NCBI GenBank assembly: GCA_965205335.1
Contig: OZ242164.1
Coordinates: 64,001-128,000, forward strand
DNA length: 64,000 bases
Source: Candidatus Woesearchaeota archaeon
GTDB lineage: Archaea; Nanobdellota; Nanobdellia; Woesearchaeales; UBA583
Direction of reading: 5' to 3'
The translations under genes were made by a program, and so were the position numbers. Position 1 is the first letter of the stretch; each line of letters starts with the position of its first letter. Positions 30,654-40,307 of the stretch are shown in pieces. The notes under the pieces were generated by a model, which saw nothing but the letters and a program-made list of their open reading frames with translations, did no database searches and had not been told where the DNA came from.

Positions 30654-31684
30654 GGCACTGTCCATAAATTCAAATCGAAGAATTAATAAAGTGTAAAGTT
30701 GATAGTTTTTTATGTTAGAACACACCAACTTTACTAATAGTTTACATAAGGAAGTACTTAAACTTTGTCATAGTTTAAGGTTAAGGCCTCACAATTTTGT
30801 GAGGGGTTGCAAACTCTTTAACAATTATCAAAGAGTTTCTATAATAGTCTTATACATCCAATCAGGAAAATCCTTTAGAAGGTTTGTAAGCAACATAGAC
30901 GGCAGTTTAACTATTTGGAAACATTGGTTGCAGTTAAAACGCCTTCCAAAGAAATCAACGCTTCATAAGTGGTTAAAGTTCTTCTCAGTTAGTTTTATCC
31001 GCAACCTAATTAGACTTTCTTTAGAAAATCCTAATCCGGACATTGTAGCAATTGATGGTTCGGGAATTGATGCAGACCATAAAACTACTTATTACAAACA
31101 TCGGATTGGATTTGAACCCAAATCACCTTGGCACAAATTAGATATGATTTGTGACGTACAAGGCTCTAAACAAATAATAGACTTTTCTTTCTTGGTTAAG
31201 AATCAGCATGATTCAAAAGTTGCAAACAAACTTTTCAAAAGACTCAAAATAAAGAAGAGTGTTATTGTGGCAGACAAAGGATACTTTTCCTTTGATCATT
31301 TAGAAAATTTAAATGAAAAAGACATAGATTTGATTTTCCCCCCCAAAAGACTATGCGAAAACCAAGCATAATGCTTTTAAGCATTGGAAAATCAAACAAA
31401 AATACCTGAAAAATAAAGAAATATACAATAAAAGGAACAATGTGGAGAGTGTGTTTTCATCCCTCAAGAGAGTTCAAGGCCTAAATATCAGAAGTAGGAT
31501 ACATTTTATGAAAAAAAGGGAGATGGCATGGAATATTCTTTGGTATAACATAAGAAAAAAACTTTCTTATGTAATTTTCTTCTATGAAAATTGGATAATT
31601 TTCAAAAGAAAAATAATAATGTTTTAGTATCAAATTGTATTTTCATCTCTTTTATTTTAAAAAAATTAATTTATGGACAGAGCC
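30654..31684 (+). mobile_element. IS5-family insertion sequence, 1031 bp
   Basis: 17-bp TIRs GGCACTGTCCATAAATT / AATTTATGGACAGAGCC; 8-bp TSD TATTTGAT at 30646-30653 and 31685-31692. Confidence 0.92.
30712..31627 (+). pseudogene. IS5-family DDE transposase, frameshifted at a C7 tract
   Basis: AIDGSG, HD, VADKGY, then Y..R..VESVFSSLKR in the next frame; removing one C at 31338-31344 restores one ORF. Confidence 0.85.
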
Positions 31685-31701
31685 TATTTGATGAGTTGTT
31701 G

Positions 31702-32074
31702 TGTAAACGGGTGACATATGTCACCAGTCTAAAAATTAACAAGACTTGTTAATTTTATGAAAAAATACGAAATTAGGAAAGTTTTCATAAAACTAAGAAT
31801 TAAAGAAAACTCTTGTTCTAAATGCAAGAAAATACTTGCTGAGAAGTGCAAATACTTTGTAAGTATTCGTACTTTAAAACGTTGACAACAACGTTTTGAT
31901 AAAGAAATATGGAATTATCAAGATAAGTCTACAAGACCAAACAAGATCTATTACAAAGTTACTTTAGAAGCTGAGAAAGCAATTTTAAATCTTTGATATA
32001 GAACTGATTGGAGGAGCTAAAAAGCTTCATAAATTCCTACTAATCAGGATATTTCAGAGATAACCATTAACAGG
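31702..32074 (+). pseudogene. IS481-family left end and decayed transposase 5' half
   Basis: TGTAAACGGGTGACATATGTCACC TIR; ATG 31757 reads ...SIRTLKR*..RF...QDKSTRP...W/GAKKL...ISEITINR with stops and frameshifts. Confidence 0.7.
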
Positions 32075-32316
32075 TAGATAGGGCAGGAAGAGTATTATAT
32101 AAATATTTAAGAGGTAAAATAAGAGGAAATCAGAAACATATTTTGAGAAGAATTATAAAAGTCCTTTTATCTCTAAACAATAATTATGAATATAATCGTA
32201 ACTATAAGTATGTGATGATAACCTCTCTTAGTAATTTATGTAAATTTATAGAAAGAGAAAAAAGATTACTTTCAGATTATGAAGTTAAGAAAATTCTTAC
32301 TTTACTGGGTTACTAA
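32071..32316 (+). pseudogene. Headless 3' fragment of an unknown basic protein
   Basis: 82-codon open frame ending ...YEVKKILTLLGY*, joined directly to the IS481 relic. Confidence 0.45.
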
Positions 32317-32336
32317 TTTTCTAATAAATTTTCTCA

Positions 32337-32658
32337 TATTTATAATGTAAGTGACTTTAAATGAGAATAAAGAATTGTATATTTATAATGTAAGTGATTT
32401 TAAATGAGAATAAAGAGTTGTATATTTATAATGTAAGTGATTTTAAATGAGAATAAAGAGTTGTATATTTATAATGTAAGTGATTTTAAATGAGAATAAA
32501 GAGTTGTATATTTATAATGTAAGTGATTTTAAATGAGAATAAAGAGTTGTATATTTATAATGTGAGTGACTTTAAATGAAAATAAATATTGAAACAAAAA
32601 AGTAAAGAATTGTATATTTATAATGTAAGTGATTTTAAATGAAAGTAAAGAGTCGTAT
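32337..32658. repeat. 43-bp tandem repeat array, ~7 copies
   Basis: Unit ATATTTATAATGTAAGTGATTTTAAATGAGAATAAAGAGTTGT; central copies identical; ~19-bp insertion in copy 6. Confidence 0.95.
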
Positions 32659-32684
32659 AAAAATAAAAAACAAACCTTATATAA

Positions 32685-32718
32685 AAAAGTGCGTATAATA
32701 TACATTATACGAACTTTT
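32685..32718. other. dif/loxP-like tyrosine-recombinase site
   Basis: AGTGCGTATAA-TATACA-TTATACGAACT (11-6-11, arms 10/11 palindromic, extended by A/T runs). Confidence 0.75.
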
Positions 32719-33122
32719 TGAGTGTGGACATGTTCTGAAATCGGGTTTCTAATGGGTTTAGGATCATCTCTTAAAAAAAGTGCTCTTTAAATGGCTCTAA
32801 ATTTGATGAGGTTCTCAAAGTGCAAAATTTGAGCAGTATGTGGTTTCTACAACATTCAAGAGAGTATCAGTTAAGGAGATCGGTTGAAGATATGAAGATT
32901 CTTCAGGATTTTGATGAATAGAAATTAAGAAATCAAATTTTGAAATTTAAATCTAAACTTGAACTCAAATTTAAACCTGAAAATATCATCAAAAAATATT
33001 TCTTTTGTAAATTTCCTGAAGAATTAAAAATTACTAAAAGGTTCAAAAAATTGAAATGTGTTAAAAGTGTGCATTAATTATCACATAGAAATTATACAAA
33101 AATTACAAATTATTAAAAATAT

Positions 33123-33380
33123 TTAGCAATACTAACATTATTCTATGATTTAATTATTATCAAAAGTAATTAGCAATAACAATAATATTCTATGAAGTAA
33201 TATTAACTAAAAATGGTTAGAAATGCTAACAATTTATTGTGATAACTATTTGCTTAAATATTGTTAGTAAAAATAATATTATTTCACAATAATTTCATAC
33301 TTAAATATTATTGGCAATACTCATAATTATTAGTAATTTGTGTTTGATTAAAACTTATTATCAATACTAATAATATTATG
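33123..33380. repeat. Degenerate array with an exact 47-bp period, 6 units
   Basis: TTAGCAATACTAA-like cores at 33123, 33170, 33217, 33264, 33311, 33358. Confidence 0.8.
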
Positions 33381-33464
33381 TAAAACAAGAAAATCATCAT
33401 ATTTCATTATCTTACATCTTTCCAATTTTCTGACCCATTTCAAATTGTATACAATCATATACAC

Positions 33465-33582
33465 TTGTAAATAAACTACAACGAATCCTATCATTTTAGG
33501 TGTTTTTTTGTTATTTATGCATATATAATTGTATATGTTTGTAAATAAACTACAACGAATCCTATCGTTTTAGGTGTTTTTT
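33465..33582. repeat. 44-bp direct repeat, 2 copies, 74 bp apart
   Basis: TTGTAAATAAACTACAACGAATCCTATC(A/G)TTTTAGGTGTTTTTT at 33465 and 33539. Confidence 0.9.
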
Positions 33583-34294
33583 AATTCTCCATTTGTATAT
33601 CATCATCACCTTGACTTGTTTGAATGTTGTCATCCTGGTCTCCTACTTTGGAGCTATCATCTAGTTCTTCTTCTTCAAAGTCCTCATCTATTTCATATTT
33701 GATGTCTTCATCTTGTTCTCCTACTTCGGTGCTATCATCTAGTTCTTCTTCTTCAAAGTCCTCATCCATTTCATATTTGATGTCTTCATCTTGTTCTCCT
33801 ACATTGGTGTTATCATCCAATTCTTCTACTTCGGTGCTATCATTATGTTCCGGCTGGTTACTAACATCTTGTTGTTCTAAATTCTTCCGAATTCGTTCCC
33901 TTTCATCTTTATCCACATGCGAATAACTTAGGTCCCAACTATCACAGAAATTCTTAACATCTTTTATATATTTAAATTTCAATTGAACAACTTTTTCTTT
34001 TTCTGCTACTGTTTTAGATTCTAATGATATTTTTTGTATATCATCTCTCAAATTCAAAAGATCACCTAATACTAAAGTAGGTAAATCATATTGATTTATC
34101 TCTTCCTTTACTTTTAGGTTAAACATCCTGATGTAACCCCTTGCAGTCTGAATGTTAACATCATAAGCCTCAGCAATATACTCAGATGATGTAACATTTT
34201 CCCCTGATTTCCATTTCAGAATCATATCATCAATAATGAAATCAGTCCTTGTGAGCTTTTTCTTATTATTTTTTCTATTAATTTTATCTGTCAT
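33581..34294 (-). CDS. HTH protein with acidic 26-aa C-terminal repeats
   Basis: SSEYIAEAYDVNIQTARGYI HTH; ELDDSTEVGEQDEDIKYEIDEDFEEE x~2.6. Confidence 0.7.
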   Translation of the reverse strand: MTDKINRKNNKKKLTRTDFIIDDMILKWKSGENVTSSEYIAEAYDVNIQTARGYIRMFNLKVKEEINQYDLPTLVLGDLLNLRDDIQKISLESKTVAEKEKVVQLKFKYIKDVKNFCDSWDLSYSHVDKDERERIRKNLEQQDVSNQPEHNDSTEVEELDDNTNVGEQDEDIKYEMDEDFEEEELDDSTEVGEQDEDIKYEIDEDFEEEELDDSSKVGDQDDNIQTSQGDDDIQMEN

Positions 34295-34316
34295 TTTCAA
34301 TTATAAAAAGTCACTA

Positions 34317-34380
34317 TGACAGTAATCTGTCAGTGCTCACCCAGGACCCAAATTTTATCCTTTATAAAGATATTTATTGG
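34317..34380 (-). promoter_or_regulatory. TATA promoter with a TGACAG-N4-CTGTCA palindrome
   Basis: Palindrome at 34317-34332; AAATTTTATCCTTTATAAAGATATTTATT identical to ~35371-35399. Confidence 0.55.
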
Positions 34381-34642
34381 TATTTATTTACAATATTCTA
34401 AAAATAAATATATAAAACATATATAATTATATATGAGTGTTTATAAAAAACCATATTTAATTCTTATTTATTTCAAGTGAATGTTAGTCTAAATAATCAA
34501 CTCTACAACACTTTTTCTTATATTATTCCTCCTCCCTTTATCCGATTCTCATTAAAGTTCTCAATTTTTTACCAGATTCACTTAAAACCTCTTTCTTCTT
34601 TGTCTACTATAATTCAATAGAAATTGAAATATTTATCAAAAA

Positions 34643-35002
34643 TTACTCTTTCGACATTTCAACGATTAAAGATAAGGTAGATTCATAGTTTCTAAAGTGT
34701 GCTTGTTGTAATTCAAAGTGAGTTTCTTTTACACTCTTTTTAATTCTAATTATCTGAATATCTAATTCACTTTCTAAATCAAGAAGTTTCATTTTATCCT
34801 TAATGAATCTTGTTGTTTTTAACATCTTTTTGATCTCTTTCTCCCAATGAAGACAACTTCTCAAGATAATATTATTTAATTCAGAACTAGAATATGAAAG
34901 ATTTTTATGATTTCTTACATCTTTTTTCCTTTTAGAAGTCTCTTTTTTTTCATCCTCAGAAGGATGCTTCTTCTTTTCTATATCATCATTTGTTTTTACC
35001 AT
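34643..35002 (-). CDS. Hypothetical helical protein
   Basis: KEIKKML.....IKDKMKLL...D.QII.I motif shared with the neighbouring gene. Confidence 0.6.
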   Translation of the reverse strand: MVKTNDDIEKKKHPSEDEKKETSKRKKDVRNHKNLSYSSSELNNIILRSCLHWEKEIKKMLKTTRFIKDKMKLLDLESELDIQIIRIKKSVKETHFELQQAHFRNYESTLSLIVEMSKE

Positions 35003-35023
35003 TGAAAGTTCACCTTTAGTATT

Positions 35024-35359
35024 TTATTTTAAATTAAGAGATTTCATATAACTCTCTTCCTGCATACATCTAATATTAAGAATTTGTTTGTCTCGATTCA
35101 AATCAAACTTAATTAATTCTATTTTTCTTTTAATGTTTTTCGAGTTTCTAAACATTTCTCTAATTTCTTTCTTCTTTTCAATACAACACTTCTCATAATG
35201 TGCAACTGATTTATCGAATTGTTCGCTGGAATTTAGAAACTTTTCTGTAGCAGTTATCATATCTTCAAAATCTTTTTTTCTATCTATAGTAGATATAACA
35301 TATTTTTTAAAATCCTCAAAAGATCTAGGATCTTGTTTTTTATTAATATTTTCTTCCAT
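35024..35359 (-). CDS. Hypothetical helical protein, paralogue of 34643-35002
   Basis: KEIREMF.....IKRKIELI...DKQIL.I; TATA box 23 nt upstream. Confidence 0.6.
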   Translation of the reverse strand: MEENINKKQDPRSFEDFKKYVISTIDRKKDFEDMITATEKFLNSSEQFDKSVAHYEKCCIEKKKEIREMFRNSKNIKRKIELIKFDLNRDKQILNIRCMQEESYMKSLNLK

Positions 35360-35745
35360 AATAATTTAGTAAATTTTATCCTTTATAAAGATATTTATTC
35401 TAAATGAAACTGAGAATCTATAAACGATTATAAACGATTATAAATAAATGTTTTTTAAAAAAAGGAAAATTAAAGGTTTATCTTGGATTTTAAACTCTAA
35501 ATTTGTTTTTTAGTTTTGTGCTTCAAGAGATTTTGTCAATTAGCTGATGATTTTTCCTTCCAATCAACCTTTCCATTATTTCCTCTAAATTAATCTCCTT
35601 TTGGTTCAATAATGATTTGATAAGTTAAATCATTTCATTAATTAAATTCTATATTCCTCCAATACTCTAAGTTATCACAATCATACTCTTCTTTGTTGTT
35701 TATCTTCCAATGAGGGTATGAAAAGTTAGCAATACTTCCAATTAT

Positions 35746-38298
35746 TTATAATTCTTCTATACTTTTAATCGCTTTAAAATCTCCAAAATTCCCATTTAAT
35801 CCTATTTCCTTAAAATGTTTTTCTCCACATTTTATTTTAAACTTCTCACTTTCTCTTAAATCTGTTTTTAAATTATTTACAAATTTAGTTTCTCTAACTA
35901 AATATAATTTTTCATTTTTGTTTTCATCATAACGAACAACAGCCCAATCAGGGTTATATGAACCAATAGGAGTTTTGATTTTAAACCAATTAGGAAGTTT
36001 TACAAATAATTTTACATATTTCCTCTTATCTAATTCCTGAGCAAATTTCTTTTCTCCATCACTATCAAAAATGATTTCTTCATATATTGAATCTTCTACT
36101 TTCAGAACATTATCCTCATAAGTTTCTATTTCTTTAAACAGTTCTTGTTGCCACATTTCATCTATTTTAACATACTTTAAACCTTCTTTTAAGAATTCTC
36201 TTAATGTAATTTCCAAAGTATCCATCAATTCTTTTAGATACATCTTAGGATTTTCAAAAATTAAATTTAAATTCTCTATTTGTGATAAAATTTTTATTAA
36301 GATTTTTTTATTTATTTTAACTTCTTCAGTAATTTCTTTCAAGATGTTTTTAATTCGAAAACCACTATTGTAATCTACATGGCTTTTCATACTTATATTT
36401 TCACCATCTAATTTCCCTTTCTTAAATTCTAATTCTACTCTACTGAGGCTTAACTTAGTTTTTTCAACCTTTGATATTTTATTTATCAGTTCAACAGATT
36501 TATTAATAAATTTTTGTTCATCAATTTCAATTCTATATTTAGTTTTCTTATTTATTTTCTCCCATATCTCTTTAAAATTCTCATCTAACTGAAAACCTTT
36601 TTTTAATTTTATTACTTTTCTTTTTCTTGCGTTTTTTACTGGAACAGACAAGACATTTCCTAATTCATCAATGTACTCTGTCTGTAATCTTTCAACATAA
36701 GATTTGTAACTTTCATTTGCTATTACTGTTAAAGGTTTTAAACTCTCTAACCTCTCTCCATCCTGATTTAAGGGCAATCTTAGTCCTCTACCAATTTCCT
36801 GTCTCTTTTTTAGATTTGATTGAGTTTCATTTAGTGTGCAAATGTTAAAAACATTAGGATTATCCCATCCTTCCCTTAAAGCACTATGAGAGAAAATAAA
36901 CTGTGTTTTCTCGTCAAACGATAATAACCTTTCCTTATCTTTCATAATTAAGTCAAATACTTCTTTATCGTTCTCCATATTTCTTTTTTTTTGGGAAAAA
37001 TAACCATTATGAACATCTTTAGCATCCAAATCCTTATACTCCTCTTTATCTTGTTTTATAATATTAAACTCTTCTTCAAAAATTTTCCTAATAACTCCTT
37101 CTTCATCTTGATAGTTATCAACCTTATCAATAAAGAATAATGATATAACTTTTACATTAGTTTCTTTCAACTCTTTCTGCTTTTTAATATGTTCTCTAAT
37201 TGTTTGTTTTATTTGTTCCCTAAATATTATTTTTTTATTTTTTCCAGTGTCTTCGCCTGATTTTATCTTCTTTTGATTTGATAATCTGATAAAACCATCT
37301 CTAAAATCAATTTCAATTATTTTTAAATCTTTATAATCTTGATTATTCGTTTTTTTAAATAAGTCATCACCATCTTTACAAGTAATTTTTTTCATTTTAT
37401 ACTCTCTATTTGATAATTTAACATTAACTTCTAATTTTACTTTAATTCCTTTCTTATCTGATTTTATTTCATCAACTTTAATATGATAATCATTAACATT
37501 TTCATCTACAACTGATAAAACTTCAATTTTCTTAACCAATCCCATATCATAAGCTTCAATTGGTGTTAATCTGTAAATTAAATTATAATATTCTTTATGT
37601 GTTGCTGAATATCTTAGACTAAAAAGAGGATTTAATTCTTTTATTGCCTGTTTTGATTTTTCACTCTCCATATTTTGAGGTTCATCTAAGATTAAAATTG
37701 GGTTTGTTTTCTTAATTAAATCAATTGGTTTTTTCCCTTGAAGTTTGTCTAATTCATCATAAACTTTATTTATATCCTTCTTGTTAAAACTATCTAATGT
37801 CATTATCATAATTTCAATATTTCTATTTTGTGAAAATTGTCGTACCTGATTAAGATTTTTTGAGTTATATTCATAATAATTATAACTTACATTATCATAG
37901 ATCTCTTTAAAGTGTTCTTTTGTTTGTATTATTGTTTTTATAACTCCTTCTTTTATTGCTATGCTTGGAACAATTATTATAAACTTTGTAAATCCCAATT
38001 TTTTATTTAATTCAAATATTGTTCTCATATACACATAGGTTTTACCTGTCCCTGTTTCCATTTCAACGGAAAAGTCTTTTAATTCCAAATTCTCAATTTG
38101 TTCTATGTTGTTTTCTTTTTTTATTTGTTTTAGATTCTCTAAAATTTGAACATTATTTAAACTTAAATTATTGCCAATTATTCCAAATTCTGTTACAAAA
38201 TCTTCCTTTTTAATATACTCCTGACCTTTAAAGATTTGAATTGCACTATTAACTGCCTTTAATTGATGATCTAAACTTGGATTGAATTTGAACTTCAT
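35746..38298 (-). CDS. res: Type III restriction endonuclease subunit
   Basis: EMETGTGKT, LDEPQ, RYSATH, LREGWDNPN, QEIGRGLR, YNPDWA...RETK. Confidence 0.95.
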   Translation of the reverse strand: MKFKFNPSLDHQLKAVNSAIQIFKGQEYIKKEDFVTEFGIIGNNLSLNNVQILENLKQIKKENNIEQIENLELKDFSVEMETGTGKTYVYMRTIFELNKKLGFTKFIIIVPSIAIKEGVIKTIIQTKEHFKEIYDNVSYNYYEYNSKNLNQVRQFSQNRNIEIMIMTLDSFNKKDINKVYDELDKLQGKKPIDLIKKTNPILILDEPQNMESEKSKQAIKELNPLFSLRYSATHKEYYNLIYRLTPIEAYDMGLVKKIEVLSVVDENVNDYHIKVDEIKSDKKGIKVKLEVNVKLSNREYKMKKITCKDGDDLFKKTNNQDYKDLKIIEIDFRDGFIRLSNQKKIKSGEDTGKNKKIIFREQIKQTIREHIKKQKELKETNVKVISLFFIDKVDNYQDEEGVIRKIFEEEFNIIKQDKEEYKDLDAKDVHNGYFSQKKRNMENDKEVFDLIMKDKERLLSFDEKTQFIFSHSALREGWDNPNVFNICTLNETQSNLKKRQEIGRGLRLPLNQDGERLESLKPLTVIANESYKSYVERLQTEYIDELGNVLSVPVKNARKRKVIKLKKGFQLDENFKEIWEKINKKTKYRIEIDEQKFINKSVELINKISKVEKTKLSLSRVELEFKKGKLDGENISMKSHVDYNSGFRIKNILKEITEEVKINKKILIKILSQIENLNLIFENPKMYLKELMDTLEITLREFLKEGLKYVKIDEMWQQELFKEIETYEDNVLKVEDSIYEEIIFDSDGEKKFAQELDKRKYVKLFVKLPNWFKIKTPIGSYNPDWAVVRYDENKNEKLYLVRETKFVNNLKTDLRESEKFKIKCGEKHFKEIGLNGNFGDFKAIKSIEEL

Positions 38299-38301
38299 TT
38301 T

Positions 38302-40233
38302 TCAAATCACTTTTAAAGTTAAAGTCTCGTCTAGATTTAATTTATTTGAAGTTGTTAAACTCTCATCTAAGCAAATAAATAAGTTATCTTTTCCCAAATT
38401 TAAATTTTCAATGTTTTCTTCTTTAATTTCTTTATCTAAACATAATATAAAAAATCTTTCTTCATCACTAACTTTTAAAAAAGTATTTTCTTTGATTTTT
38501 ATTTCTTCTATTCTGCAGTTTAAATCGTAACCTTCCTTAAGAATTGCTTCATTTAAAACGTCATCTAATTCCCAATTGTCAATTAAGGAATTCTCAAATA
38601 GTTTTATCAGGGATTTTAATTTTTGTTCTCTTTGCTCATCTTCACTGTCAATATCCTCCCATATTTTATAATTAGATTTATTTAATTCAAAGACCTTAAA
38701 TCCTAAATCTATTTTATCATAATTTTCTTTCTTTTCTTCTTTTATCTTTTTAATTACTCTTCTTATTCTTTCCTTTGTTATTTGTGATATTGTTTTATAA
38801 CCTTTTTTATATGCTTGTGAGTTTTCATCTGTTTTCTCATCTAATTGGACTAATATATACTTTCTATTTCTATTATCTTTTAGATTTTGTTCCATTACTG
38901 CTTGACATGTAGTTCCACTTCCTGCAAAAAAATCTAAAATTATATCGTTTTTATCTGTTGATATTTGCATTAAGTGTTGAATCAGTTGATATGGTTTTGA
39001 GTATCCAAAAATATTTTCTCCAAAAATATTTTTTAATTCATTTGTGGAAGATGCGGTTTTTACATTATCAATTATCCCTCTTGGTCTGAATGTTCTTTCT
39101 ATAATCTCATCATTATTATCAACGTTTCTGTATTGTTTATATTTTACTGACCATTTATTATCTTTATTTTTCTTTTTTATTATAAATCCATTTTTGATTC
39201 CCCATTCAACTTTCTTTTTTGACCATAACCATGTCTTTATTTTTTTTTCATCTTCATTTGCTTTTACGGAGACACCATCTGGAAAATTAATTGCGTAATT
39301 TAATGAATCTCCATATCTTCTACTTCCTGTTAATAATTCTCTTAGATAATATTTCCCGCGTCTACTTTTATATTCATCTGATAAGGTATAAGTCTTTTCA
39401 TTAGTAATTTCTAATCCTTTAATTTTACACAACTTGTTATTCTTAGCATATGATAAAATATATTCATGTTCAATTGAAAAATGTCTGCTATCATTACCTC
39501 CACCCCCAATAGATTTCCATACTAATTTTGCTATGAAATTCTCTTCTCCAAAGATTTCATTACAAATCATTCTTAGATTATGCACTTCATTATCATCAAT
39601 ACTAATAAAAATAATTCCATCATCTTTCAACAAATTTCTTGCAAGTTCTAATCTTGGACACATCATAGTAAGCCAATCACTATGATACCTTCCGTTTGTT
39701 TCAGTGTTAGTTGTCATTTTCACACCATCCTTGTTCTGTCCTGTCTGCTCTAAATAATTTCTTGAATTATCTCTAAAGTTATCCTTGTATATAAAATCAC
39801 TCCCAGTATTATAAGGAGGGTCAATATATATCATTTTAATTTTATTAAAATATGATTTTTGCAGTAACTTTAAAACCTCCAAATTATCACCTTCAATAAA
39901 AATACTTTCCGTTGTGTCAAAATTAATGCTTTCTTTTTTATTTGGATTTAAGGTTAAATTCGTTGGAGTCTGTAAGATTTTATATACATTATCTTTCCCA
40001 TTCCAATTAAACTCATATTTTCCATTTGATTCTTCTTCAATTACACTAAAAACCTTTTTTGCCCTTTCTATATCAAAATTTCCTTTTTCATCAAAGATAT
40101 TAGGAAATAACTCTTTTAATTTTTTCTTATTTTCCTCAAATAAGTTTAAACTTTGTTTCTCAACTTTATTAATAATACCCTGTTGCCTAAGTGGAGGATG
40201 TGATATATTGGTTGTTAATTCTTTCTTCGCCAT
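38302..40233 (-). CDS. mod: Type III RM methyltransferase
   Basis: IEGDNLEVLKLL, YIDPPYNTG, HSDWLTMM, LDFFAGSGTT. Confidence 0.95.
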   Translation of the reverse strand: MAKKELTTNISHPPLRQQGIINKVEKQSLNLFEENKKKLKELFPNIFDEKGNFDIERAKKVFSVIEEESNGKYEFNWNGKDNVYKILQTPTNLTLNPNKKESINFDTTESIFIEGDNLEVLKLLQKSYFNKIKMIYIDPPYNTGSDFIYKDNFRDNSRNYLEQTGQNKDGVKMTTNTETNGRYHSDWLTMMCPRLELARNLLKDDGIIFISIDDNEVHNLRMICNEIFGEENFIAKLVWKSIGGGGNDSRHFSIEHEYILSYAKNNKLCKIKGLEITNEKTYTLSDEYKSRRGKYYLRELLTGSRRYGDSLNYAINFPDGVSVKANEDEKKIKTWLWSKKKVEWGIKNGFIIKKKNKDNKWSVKYKQYRNVDNNDEIIERTFRPRGIIDNVKTASSTNELKNIFGENIFGYSKPYQLIQHLMQISTDKNDIILDFFAGSGTTCQAVMEQNLKDNRNRKYILVQLDEKTDENSQAYKKGYKTISQITKERIRRVIKKIKEEKKENYDKIDLGFKVFELNKSNYKIWEDIDSEDEQREQKLKSLIKLFENSLIDNWELDDVLNEAILKEGYDLNCRIEEIKIKENTFLKVSDEERFFILCLDKEIKEENIENLNLGKDNLFICLDESLTTSNKLNLDETLTLKVI

Positions 40234-40252
40234 CTTTAATTTCAGAAATACC

Positions 40253-40268
40253 GCCCTATATATAGGGC
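40253..40268. promoter_or_regulatory. Perfect 16-bp palindrome over the likely mod TATA box
   Basis: GCCCTATATATAGGGC between divergent mod and ArsR-like genes. Confidence 0.6.
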
Positions 40269-40307
40269 TCCATATTTATTTATAAATATAACCCCAAAAT
40301 TTGTGCG

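Noticed and set aside
31325-31380. Programmed -1 frameshift in the transposase
   Set aside because: The downstream frame needs +1 (loss of one base), not -1
32337-32658. CRISPR array (includes one ATTGAAAC at ~32588)
   Set aside because: Units are contiguous and identical with no unique spacers; ATTGAAAC occurs once; no cas genes in the window
33123-33380. Degenerate CRISPR array or archaeal ORB origin
   Set aside because: The 47-bp period is too short for repeat plus spacer, the 'spacers' resemble each other, and there are no G-string ORB motifs or cdc6 gene
35420-35446. Short TATAAACGAT tandem repeat
   Set aside because: About 2.5 copies of a 10-mer, consistent with simple slippage
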